DNA of 64,000 nucleotides from Felis catus (lineage: Eukaryota): contig NC_058369.1 of the NCBI RefSeq assembly GCF_018350175.1, forward strand, positions 3,412,001-3,476,000, given 5' to 3'. Shown piece by piece: positions 1-10,297 of the stretch. Position 1 is the stretch's first letter, and every line of letters starts with the position of its first letter. The notes under the pieces were generated by a model. The model was not told the DNA's origin. It saw only the letters and a program-made list of their open reading frames with translations, and did not search any database. Position numbers and translations under genes: made by a program.

Positions 1-244
1 TGGCTCCCCTCGTCCAGCCTCAGTTTCCCCTTCCAGAAGATTCCAACAGGCTGCCATGGGGGTGACGGCAGAAGGTGACTCTTGCGAAGCAAGCGTGTGG
101 CGAGGGGAGGGGGTGGGGGTGGGGGGCGGCAGGGGGAGAATATATACTCACATCATTTACATAAAACTTGCACAATTAGCATATTGTGCATATGATGGCA
201 GGAGTCAACCGGCAAGGGAAATAGTAAATTTGATGACAAATGAG

Positions 245-455
245 GGGGCGCCTGGGGGGCTCAGTCGGTTGAGACTTTGGTTCAGGTCATGATCTCACGG
301 TTCGTGGGTTCGAGCCCCGCGTCGGGCTCTGTGCCGACAGCTCGGAGCCCGGAGCCTGCTTCAGATTCTGTGTCTCCCTCTCTCTCTCTCTGCCTCTCCC
401 CCACTCACGCTCTGTCTCTCTCTAAAATAAATGAACATGAAAAATAAAAAAAAGT
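245..455 (+). mobile_element. Can-SINE
   Basis: ggggcgcctggggggctcagtcggtt head, (CT)n tract and AATAAA/A tail. Confidence 0.9.
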
Positions 456-829
456 TTTAAAAAGTAATAACAGTTACCGCATCCTCAGCCCCTGCCCACG
501 TGCCTGGAACCGCGTTTAGAGCCTTTCTACGAATGAACTTGTCTTATAGCGAGATTCTGAGTTCTCAAGTGTTGGGTTTGGTGTTTTTAAAGATCGTATT
601 TTCGAGTAAACTCTACGCCCAGCGTGGGGCTCGAACTCACACCTCTGGGATCGAGGGTGGCCCGCTCCATCGACTGAGCCGGCCAGGAGCCCCCCTCAAG
701 GATTGTGGACCCCATTTCACAGATGTGAAAACAGCAAGGTTCTATGATTCCCAGGGTGGAAGAACCCATCCAACAGTAGCGGCAGGAACACGTATTTTGA
801 GCTCACTGTGTGTCTTCTGTTTTTGTTTT

Positions 830-836
830 TTTAAGT

Positions 837-867
<31 letters not shown>

Positions 868-1295
868 TAATTTTTTTTTTCAACGTTTATTTATTTTTGG
901 GACAGAGAGAGACAGAGCATGAGTGGGGGAGGGGCAGAGAGAGAGGGAGACACAGAATCGGAAACAGGCTCCAGGCTCCGAGCCATCAGCCCAGAGCCCG
1001 ACGCGGGGCTCGAACTCCCGGACCGCGAGATCGTGACCTGAGCCGAAGTCGGACGCTTAACCGACTGCGTCACCCAGGCGCCCCAAATTTATTTATTTTG
1101 AAACAGAGAAAAAGAGAGCATGAGCCGGGGAGGGGCAGGGAGAGAGGGAGAGAGAGAATCCCAAGCAGGCTCCGCCCTGTCGGCACAGGGCCTGACGCAG
1201 GGCTCGATCTCGGGACTCCGGGATGACGACCTGAGCCAAAATCGAGCGTCAGTCTCTTGACCGACTGAGCCGCCGAGGTACCCCCCCCCCCCCCC
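830..1295 (-). mobile_element. Two nested Can-SINEs; a young copy (~868-1084) lies in the tail of an older one
   Basis: Two consecutive reverse-strand SINE bodies, with aa(g/a)tttatttattt repeated at both junctions. Confidence 0.85.
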
Positions 1296-2229
1296 GTGTG
1301 TCTTCTTCCTATGGAGTGGCTTATTTCATGCAAATGAGACCATGGGGACACTGGATAGAAGTCCTTTTTGCAGACAGGGAAACGGAGGCTGGCTCGCGGC
1401 CTTCCCCCTCCCAAGCCCAGGGGCCCGGTCACCGCACGCACACACCCGGGCTCTCTGCGCCCGGGCCCCGCCCCCCCCACCCCTGCCCAGCTCCGAGAAG
1501 CAGCTCCAAGAACCTGTCTTCCTCCCGCCGCAGCCGAGAACCAGGTCAGCCAACCGCTGGGACATCAAAGGGAATCTATAAATACAGCTGCAAGAGGGAA
1601 AATAGAGTTTCCTAGCCCCTCCCGGGCTCGCCTCTCTCCCACTCTGGATCTTTCCCGGCTGGGCTCCTACTCCAGTCGCTGGGCCAAAGCCCCCCACCTC
1701 CCCGCCCCCCACTCCCAGGGACCCCTACCGGAAAGCAGTGGAGGGAAGCAGCTCCTGGTGCCTCGGTTTCCCCTAATGGGCTCAACCTCCCTCCCCTGCC
1801 GGGCGACTGAGAAGAGAGGAGGACCTCTGGGGCCGGTCCCCCCGGGGAGGTGAAGATGAGATTCTAAGCCCAGAAGTGAGGGCTACGGGGTTGTCAGAAT
1901 CTTCGGATCCCAGAAACCTGGAATCTTCCTTCTTCCTCTCAGGGAATATGCGGGGCTTCTGGGCTGTGCGGAGCACTGGGACGTTGGCGGGGTCGAGGCC
2001 GGTACTCGAGACTTGGCCAGGGCAGTCCGGAGGGCTTTCTGGAGGAGGTGATATGAGCTGAGCCCCCCAAAAGTGGGGGGCGAGGAGGCAGGTGGGGGGA
2101 GGGACTCAGGGGAAGGGGTTCAGAGTCCAGAGCTCCCGACTTGCTCTCCTGGACTACTGCAGTCACCTCCACGGTCCCCCTGGGACCCCCCCCCCGGCTA
2201 CATCTTCTCCAAAGGACAGCCAGAAGGAC

Positions 2230-2720
2230 CTTTGCGCAAGTGAAATCAGATCATCTCACTTGCTCACTCTCAACTCCCGCCTGGCTCCCTAGTGCCCCTG
2301 AAATAAAATCCAAACTCTTCTCCATGCTCCCTATTTTCTCCCCACCTTCCCCTGCTCCCCCTCCCTGCCACTGGCTCACCTGCTCCGGCCTCCTGGATCT
2401 CCTCGTGTGGTTCCTCCAACACGCCAGGAACCGTCCTACCTCAGGGCCTTTGCACATGCTGTTCCCTCTGCCCTTTCCTTTTTTTTTTTTTTTTTTTTTT
2501 TTTTTTGCCCCCAAGGGGCTCTTACTTCTTCAGGTCTCAGCCCAGATGTTACCTCTTCCAAGAGGTCCTCCCTGATGCCCCCAGACGGTTACTGCTTTTC
2601 CTTGTGTTGTTGTTTTTTTTTTTCTTGGCCCTTACAACGATCTGAAATTATTTTAGTCATTCCTTGTTTTCTTATTTTGTGTCCATGGATGGCCACGAGA
2701 GGGCAGAGACCCTGTCTAGA
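2230..2720. mobile_element. L2 fragment, representative; L2 and MIR fragments are scattered throughout
   Basis: cctcagggcctttgcacatgctgttccctctgcc hallmark, also seen near 9060, 11970, 13790, 16575, 17800, 27620 and 31460. Confidence 0.7.
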
Positions 2721-3939
2721 CCTCACCTCCGGGGGCCTCAATTTCTCCATTTGTAACATGAGGCGGGCTTAGGGGAAGCTGTTCCCCTGGGGAGGCTGCC
2801 TGCCTCATTTGTCATTTCAAAAAAATTTTTAAAAAATCTTTATTTATTTTTGAGAGCGAGAGACAGAGCGTGAGCAGGGGAGGAACAGAGAGAGAAGGAG
2901 ACACAGAATCCACGGACCGCGAGATCGTGACCCGAGCTGGAGTCGGACGCTTAACCCACCGAACCCCCCAGGCGCCCCGAACTGTTGTTACCCTTGGTGG
3001 TGGCTGTGACCAAAGACGCGGACTCGCTTCCCAAGGCCCCAGGGCTAGGAGCTGAAGTGGGGTCTTTGGAGCTGAGGTCGGAGCCGTGCCAGGGGCGTCC
3101 CCAGGGTCAAGAGGGACGGCGGCAGGCCTCTGAGGACCCGGCGCCCAGGCTCCAGGGTTAAGCCCGCGTGGCAGCTGAACTTCCGTGCATCTACCCGTCT
3201 GAAATCCCTGGGAAGCGAGGCATCAGGTGTTCCGGAACAGGCGCCTGCTCCAGACACAGGCCACACACACATGGACGGACAGCTGGCGAAGGCTGGTGGG
3301 CCAGGGAGGAGGGGCCCGGGGGAAGGGGGCACCTTGGCCAGGAAACGAGGTCATGCGCCGCCCCCACGAAGCCACCCCCAGACAGGGGCCTTGAGCCTTG
3401 TCCTTCACGACCGTCCTCCGGGCCTCCGTTCCTTCAACATGTGGCAAATATTTATGGAGCGCTCGCTGGGTGCCACGTGCCCCGCCGAGCCCTCTCCTTA
3501 AACGCTGTGAAACTAAGGCTCAGAAAGAGACGGTCACCTGTCCGGGTGACACAGCAGAAAGAACAGCAAAGCTGGGATGGCAGGCCGGGGGCTCTTGCTC
3601 CTGCCTCAGGACCTTTGCACTGGCTGTTCTCGCTGCCTCCCTCGACCCCCTCCCGATTCGCCTTTAGTCCTGTTCAGGTGGCACCTTGTGCGACAGACCT
3701 TCCCCAGTACGCCGGCTCCCTAACCCGCCTGGTTGCCTGGGTGCCTCCGGCACCCACGAGCCCACCGACCAGCTCCCCGCCTAGACTGCGGGTCCCCTCA
3801 GGTTGGGGCTGTATCCCCCCCCCCCCCCCCGTCAGCTGTGTCCGTATTTATAGCGGAGAGGGCCCATGTCGCTGTACTTCCGAAACGGATTGTGTCCCCG
3901 ATTCCTGCCCTCAGAAGCCCCCCTCACCCCCCACACACC

Positions 3940-4400
3940 TGTTCCCGGCACGAGCCTCGAGGCCAGGGTCGGGGCGGCCGCGGTGGGAGAGGGAGCTAGG
4001 CTCCGCCTCCCTCCTCTCTCTCCGAGGCCCCGCCCCTCCTGCCGCCCCCTTCCCCAAGTCTCCCCCTCCTGTCCCGCCCGCCCGCCCTCGGAGCCCCCCC
4101 CCCCCCGGGGGCCGATCTCAAGCCCCCCTCTCTGCGCAGCCGCCTCGTTCCCAGGCCCCCAAGGCCCCCAGCCCCGCCTGCCCGGCTCCCCTCTGCCCTG
4201 CCCATTGTCCCGGATCCGAGTGCGGGGCGCTGGGCGGGCGGGGGTCTGCGCGCAGGGGGCTGGAGCGCGCCTGCTGCCCATCGGTCTCTGGGCAACGCTG
4301 GCAGGCCTCGAGGACGGCTGGCCCCTCGAGCCTGGACACAGAGGCGGCGCTGTCCCCCCGGGCGCGGCCGGGGGGGGGGCGGGGCGCTAGGTGACAGCTG
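3940..4400. promoter_or_regulatory. Orphan CpG-rich island
   Basis: Very high GC and CpG with GC boxes; not repeat-derived and no coding exon identified. Confidence 0.55.
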
Positions 4401-5737
4401 GGGAAGGGGGGCTCGGGCAGCAGACGGATCCAACCGCCCCAGGTTGGAGAGAGGTGAGTGGGGGTGGGTGGGGCATGGGAGACCTCTTCCCTGCGCTGTC
4501 CGCACTGTGTCCCCCAACTCACTTAACAGCCCCCCCTTCCTCCAGACCCAACATGGGTGCTGTGCGCCCCTCCCAACCTCCCCTCTGCGTGCTGCCCCGA
4601 GACCCACCTTAGCCATGGGGAACCCCGGCCCAGTCATCCCATTTGGTGACTGCAGTGGTCTGGGGACCAGGTTCTGGGGTTCAGACCCCCCTCCCCCGCT
4701 CTGCATTTCCTCCCAGCACCGCCCACCCTGTCCCCTGAACCTGTTTCCTGCTCTGTCCCCTGTGCAGGGAGCTGGGCCACCCGGCAGACTCTTCTGTGGA
4801 CCCCCGTGGCTCCCTCGTGGGAAATAGGACGCCGGGCCCAGGCCGGTCCAAGCTCAGGTGGCCGCTCACCAGCTGTGCACCTGGCCAGGCCACTTGGCTG
4901 CTCCGTGCCTCGGTTTGCTCATCCATAAAATGGGGATTGTCCTGATATGTGCTTCCTAAGGCTCCCGAGACAGTAAAGGGGCCTTGGGAAGTACCGTCCT
5001 CAGGGGCCCCCGTTACTTGTATCCTTTCCCTCTCCGTTTGGGGCTTTTTCGAGGCTCAGAGGTGCTGTTGTGTATGGGGGCATCGTATTCCCAGGGCCTC
5101 GCGGGCCCCCAGGCTTGGGGTCAGGGGTTGGGGTGGGTGTGGCTGGGACCGATCCCGCTGCGCGATGAGCGGTATACGGGGTTTCCACCTCGGCCCCCCT
5201 CTCCTCCCTCTGGACTGTGGATACATCAATCACCCGGAGCCCCCGAAGCCGGAAGCCCCCTCCTCCAACCCCGAGCCCGTCTGGATAATCCCTAGAGAGT
5301 GGGGAGCAAAGCCCCTATTCCCCCCCTCCTGGGCCGTGAGTCGCTGGGTGCAGGGGCCGAGGGCTCCAGGCCAGTGAGGTGAAGGCAGCTTCCCCGAGCA
5401 GAGGTAGGGCCTGGCTGTCCCCTGCCACCAAGGCACGTGCTCCTACGGGGACCACCTTCCCGGAGTGTGTTTTCCTGTTGGGGGGCGGGGGGTGGTCACT
5501 GGAGAGGAACGTAGGATCAACCAGAGGGGCTTAAAAACACCAAAAGTGTCTTGAGCAGTGTGAACGCTCAGCAAAGGGACGCTGCTAAATATACTTTTAT
5601 TAGATAATAATTAAAATAATTATCCTAATGACGGTTATTATCAGTTGCGGACGCTTTGGGCAAATCCCAAACGGCCCCGAAGTCTGTCACTGCCTTCAGC
5701 CCACCAAGGAAGGGCTAAAAGGGACAGCAGGCGCCAG

Positions 5738-5793
5738 GGGCTCGGAGCCCGAGGTCTAGACCCAAGGGCTCGAAGCCCGAGGTCTAGACCCAA
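5738..5793. repeat. 28-bp tandem duplication (one mismatch)
   Basis: GGGCTCG(G/A)AGCCCGAGGTCTAGACCCAA twice. Confidence 0.95.
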
Positions 5794-6449
5794 GAGTGTC
5801 CGCGTGGAGGCATCGTTTCCATTTTCATGTATTGGTTTCAAAGCCCAGGAGCCTGCAGATTCAAGTAAGTGGGTCTGAATGCTGGTACTTTCTGCCCGTG
5901 CACATTTATTGAGTGCCTACTGTGTACCGGGCCTGTCTGGGACTCTGGGAACTCAGTGGTGGCTGTGCCAGATATTAATGAAATCAGCTCCCAGATGCCC
6001 GGGTTTTAAGGAATCAGAGACTCACAAGGAGAGAGGGAGCTGGAGACCCTTGAGCTGAGGACAGGAGGGGAGAAGGAAGGGTGCCTGGCAAAGGTCCGGG
6101 GGCCGCATGCCCCGAACAAGCCCACTGTATCCTCCTCTCGGAGCCTCACTTACCCCGCCCCTGAAACGGATGCACGTGTCCACCTCTGTCCCCACCCCCG
6201 GCGCATTCCAATAGTGACTTCTTTTAAATTCTTCTTCTTCTTTTTAATTTGTTAAATGTTTGCTTTTCTGAGAGAGAGACACAGACAGAGCGCGGGCAGG
6301 GGAGGGGCAGAGACAGAGGGAGACACAGAATCCGGAGCAGGTTCCAGGCTCCCAGCCGTCAGCACGGAGCCCGACGCGGGGCTCGAACTCACCAACCGCG
6401 AGATCGTGACCTGAGCCGAGATCAAGGGTTGGACGTTTAACCGACCGTA

Positions 6450-6450
6450 A

Positions 6451-6518
<68 letters not shown>
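6450..6518. repeat. Compound (TA)n(TG)n(TA)n microsatellite between two SINE pieces
   Basis: Direct reading. Confidence 0.95.
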
Positions 6519-7339
6519 TTTTTAAGATTTTATTTTGAAGCAACCTTTATGCACAATGTGGGGCTCGAACTTACAACCCCGAGATCAAGACCCGCATGCT
6601 TGCTGACTGAGCCAGCCAGGCGCCCCACATTTGGTAATGGTAACCAACTTAATTCTAAGCCTCCGTGGGGGCCCTGAGGCACCCCGCGACCCAGCTGCTC
6701 TGCCTCTGTCTGCATCTGGTGGGCTGTGGGTTTGTCTGGATGTGTCCACCTGCCGTGGCCTGGCCCCGGCCCAGCTGCCCCGGCCTCGGGAACTTGAGTC
6801 CCCCCGCGGGGATGCAGGTAATCAATTCGAATTGGCAGGGCTGCGTAAGTAAAAGGCTTCCTTTAATGAGGAGGCCGGAAGAGCTCTGCGGGCTGCAGCC
6901 GCCGCCGAGCCAGGCTGGGCCGGGGCGACCGGGTGCAAGAGAACAGCAGGGGGCAAGGCTCACAGGCTGTGCCCTCCCGGGGGCCTCGAGGTCCGGTGGG
7001 AGTGGCAGACATGTCCCCAGGTAACCCACACAGGGTGTTAAGGGCTGTGATGGGAACGCACGGGCGCAGTGGGGACCGGGGGGTGGGGGGTGGGGGTGGG
7101 GAGCATCGGACATCAGGGCAGGCTTCCCGGAGGAGGTGATACATAAACCGAGAGCTGAAGGATGAATAGAAACGAGTCCTGAAGGAGGGAAGGGAGAGAG
7201 ACTATCGTGGCGTGGTTAGGAATCACCCCACACGTTCCGGTTGTCTACAGATGCATCACCAACCGTGCAAGACGAGACGAGACAAGTCCAGAGCCCCGGG
7301 ACCTGTGCCTGTGTGTTCTCTGACGTCTCGGGCTGCGGA

Positions 7340-7680
7340 GGGAATTAAGGCTGCTAATCAGGTGATGTCAAAAGGAACAGATTATTGTGGATTATCCGGG
7401 TGAGCCCAAGGGAACCACGGGGGTTCTGATAAGAGGGAAGCAATGTGGGAAGGCTAGTTGTTGAGTGTGATGGTGGAGGGAGGGCAGGGCCCAGGAATGC
7501 TGGCCTTCAGAATCTGGAAAAGGCTGGGACACGGGTCTTCCCTGGAGCCTCCAGGAGGATCCGTCCTGCCCACCCCTGGGCTTCAACCCGGCGAGACCCG
7601 ATGCCAGACTTCCGACCTCCAGAACCTTAAAATAAGAAACGTGCGTTGTTTTAAGCCTCACCTTTGGGGCAAACCTTGGG
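7340..7680 (+). mobile_element. MLT1 LTR (MLT1D-like)
   Basis: gattatccgggtgagccca...ctggagcctccag...acttccgacctccagaac...tgttttaagcc. Confidence 0.7.
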
Positions 7681-8217
7681 GGGCTCCTTGGCCTGTGGCC
7701 CTGCCTCCCTGTCTTCACGCGGCCGAGCCCCGGGGTGTGGCAGCATCCTCCCCCTTCTGGTACGAAGCCGCCACTCCCGGGAGGTAGGGACTGATCGCAC
7801 CCGCCAAGAGCCTATTTCCGGATAAGGTCTCATTCTGAGGGCCGGGGAGGCAACAGATTCATATTTGACCTTTGCCTGTTTCGTCCCGGGAGGTGTCAAC
7901 GCCAGGGGAGCAGGAGCTCGGCCCATCTTGGGTCCCGCAGCGTCCCCTGTGCCTGGAATACTCTAGGCACTCAGGACGTGTGTGTGCTTGGGTGGGGGGC
8001 TCCCCACGTGCACCAAGATGGGGGTGGGCCGGGAGAAGAAGAGCCCACGCGGAGTGATGGGGGCGGTGAGGAGAGGCAGAGACAGAAAGAGAGGTGTGTG
8101 GGAGACCCCCCCCAGTACAGGTGCCCCCTTGTCCCCTCTCGGGCACCCCTGGCCCTGTCCTGGCCCCCTTCCCATTCCCCTGGCTCAGGCCCCGCCCCGA
8201 GGGGCCATAGTCTTTAA

Positions 8218-8437
8218 AAAAAAAATTTTTTTTTCAACGTTTATTTATTTTTGGGACAGAGAGAGACAGAGCATGAACGGGGGAGGGGCAGAGAGAGAGG
8301 GAGACACAGAATCGGAAACAGGCTCCAGGATCTGAGCCATCAGCCCTGAGCCCGACGCGGGGCTCGAACTCACGGACCGCGAGATCGTGACCTGGCTGAA
8401 GTCGGACGCTTAACCGACTGCACCACCCAGGCGCCCC
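8218..8437 (-). mobile_element. Young felid-type SINE with a perfect 17-bp TSD
   Basis: TSD GGGGCCATAGTCTTTAA at 8201-8217 and 8438-8454. Confidence 0.93.
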
Positions 8438-9407
8438 GGGGCCATAGTCTTTAATGGGGGGTCTCCCCACCACGGAGGTCCTGGGCTCAGCCTTGAGACC
8501 CTCTGGGGATCAAGGTCCTGCCCCCCAACTCAGCCAGACCCAGAGGCCAGGACCTGGTCTAAACTGACCAGGCCTAAACTGACAGGCCACATTTACGTTC
8601 CCCATACTGTTTGCAACCGCCTGGGCATTTTCCCTGCCTTCTCTCCAACACCTCACCCAGAGCCTGCGTGGGAGGGTGTCACCCATCTTACAGTGGGGGG
8701 AAACCAAGGCCTAGAGACAGGGAGGGATGGTCAAGGGGCACAGGTTCATTCACCACATGGTACCGAGTACCTACGTGGGCCAGATCCTATGCTGGGGGTT
8801 CTGGGTTCATTGCAGTGGCCAAGACTGTGTGGGGGCTCCTGTCTCCATGGGGCTCACAGTCCTGTAGAAATGATGGACTGACACCAGGGGTTTACAACTT
8901 AGGATGATGAGGGTCATGATGGGGGCCCCCCAGGTATTTTGGGGAGGCAGGCAAGGCACCTGGCCCAGTGTGGGGATCAGGGAAGGCTGCTCAGAGCAGG
9001 GGCCATTGAAGTTGAGACCTGAAAGCTGAGTAAGAGTAGGGAGCAGAGAGAGCACGGTCCAGGCAGAGGTACAGCATGTGCAAAAGGCCTGGGGTGAGAA
9101 CCAGAGGAAAGATTCTTTATAAGAACTGAAGAAGGGAATATGGTGGATATGTTGATAAGAATCCACCCATGTGGGGCGCCTGGGTGGCTGAGTCGGTGAA
9201 GCGTCCGACTTCAGCTCAGGTCATGATCTCGCGGTCTGTGAGTTCAAGCCCCGCGTCGGGCTCTGTGCTGACAGTTCAGCCCATGCAGGGGTGGATCTGG
9301 CTTATTATTTTGAGGTCTTTTGGGGGGCTTCATATTTACCTGATAAATCTTTTTCTATCCGTTGACTTTTAAGCTTATCTGCATCGCTTTTAAAAAATAT
9401 TTTACTA

Positions 9408-9630
9408 TGGGGCACCTGGATGGCTTAGTCAGTTGAGCGTCTGACTCAGGTCAGGTCATGATCTCACAGTCTGTGGGTTCGAGCCCCACGTCGGGCTCTG
9501 TGCTGACAGCTTGGAGCCTGAAGCTTGCTTCAGATTCTGTGTCTCTCTCTCTCTCTCCCCCTCCCCTGCTCATGCTCTGTCTCTCTCTGTCTCAAAAATA
9601 AATAAAAACATTAAAAAAAATTAAAAAAAA
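9408..9630 (+). mobile_element. Can-SINE, representative of further copies
   Basis: TSD ATTTTACTATG. Other SINEs or fragments lie at ~2820-2978, 6240-6446, 6520-6627, 9172-9275, 10980-11203, 13465-13675, 15850-16170, 17382-17620, 19068-19160, 22186-22455, 22868-23098, 29507-29610, 31910-32149, 33820-33925, 36940-37110, 43035-43251, 47628-47850, 52051-52300 and 60958-61165. Confidence 0.88.
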
Positions 9631-10083
9631 TTTTACTATGGAAAATCATAAACATGTATAAAAGACGAGAACATACTGCAATGACACCCTAGCTACCTAT
9701 AGTCAAGTCAACATTTATCAATTCATGACTAATCCTGTTTCATGACTAATACCTCTTTGGATATTATTTTGATGAAAATTCTAGATAGCATATAATTTTT
9801 CCATGCATAGATCAGTGCGTTTCTCTAAAAGATAAGGAGTCATGGCTAAACATTTAACAACACTTCCATAATATCATCGAATATCTCATCAGTCTTTAAA
9901 TTTCCAATTATGTAAGAAATGTTATAGTTTCTTACAGTTTATAGTTCTTACAGTTTAAAGCAGGACCCAGATAAGATCCACATACATCATTGGCTGATTT
10001 GTCTTTAAGCCTCTTTTATTCTATGGGTTCCTGTCTTTCTCTTGTTTTCTCTGCAATTTCCTTATTGATGATGTAGCATTTCT

Positions 10084-10297
10084 TTTTTTTTTTTAATGTT
10101 TATTTATTTTTGAGACAGAGAGAGACAGAGCACGAATGGGGGAGGGTCAAAGAGAGAGGGAGACACAGAATCGGAAGCAGGCTCCAGGCTCTGAGCGGTC
10201 AGCACAGAGCCCGACGCGGGGCTTGAACTCACAGACTGTGAGATCATGACCTGAGCCGAAGTTGGACGCTTAACCGACTGAGCCACCCAGGCGCCCC
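10084..10297 (-). mobile_element. Can-SINE with a perfect 17-bp TSD
   Basis: TSD GATGATGTAGCATTTCT at 10067-10083 and 10298-10314. Confidence 0.93.

Noticed and set aside
245..320. tRNA-like A/B box sequences (GCTCAGTCGGTT...GGTTCGAGCCC) here and in many other places
   Set aside because: They are tRNA-derived heads of Can-SINEs, not tRNA genes.
3168..4394. 408-aa plus-strand ORF and overlapping 150-236-aa ORFs
   Set aside because: Pro/Gly/Arg/Ser-rich translation of GC-rich DNA crossing MIR/L2 remnants and a CpG island; non-ATG start and no recognisable domain.
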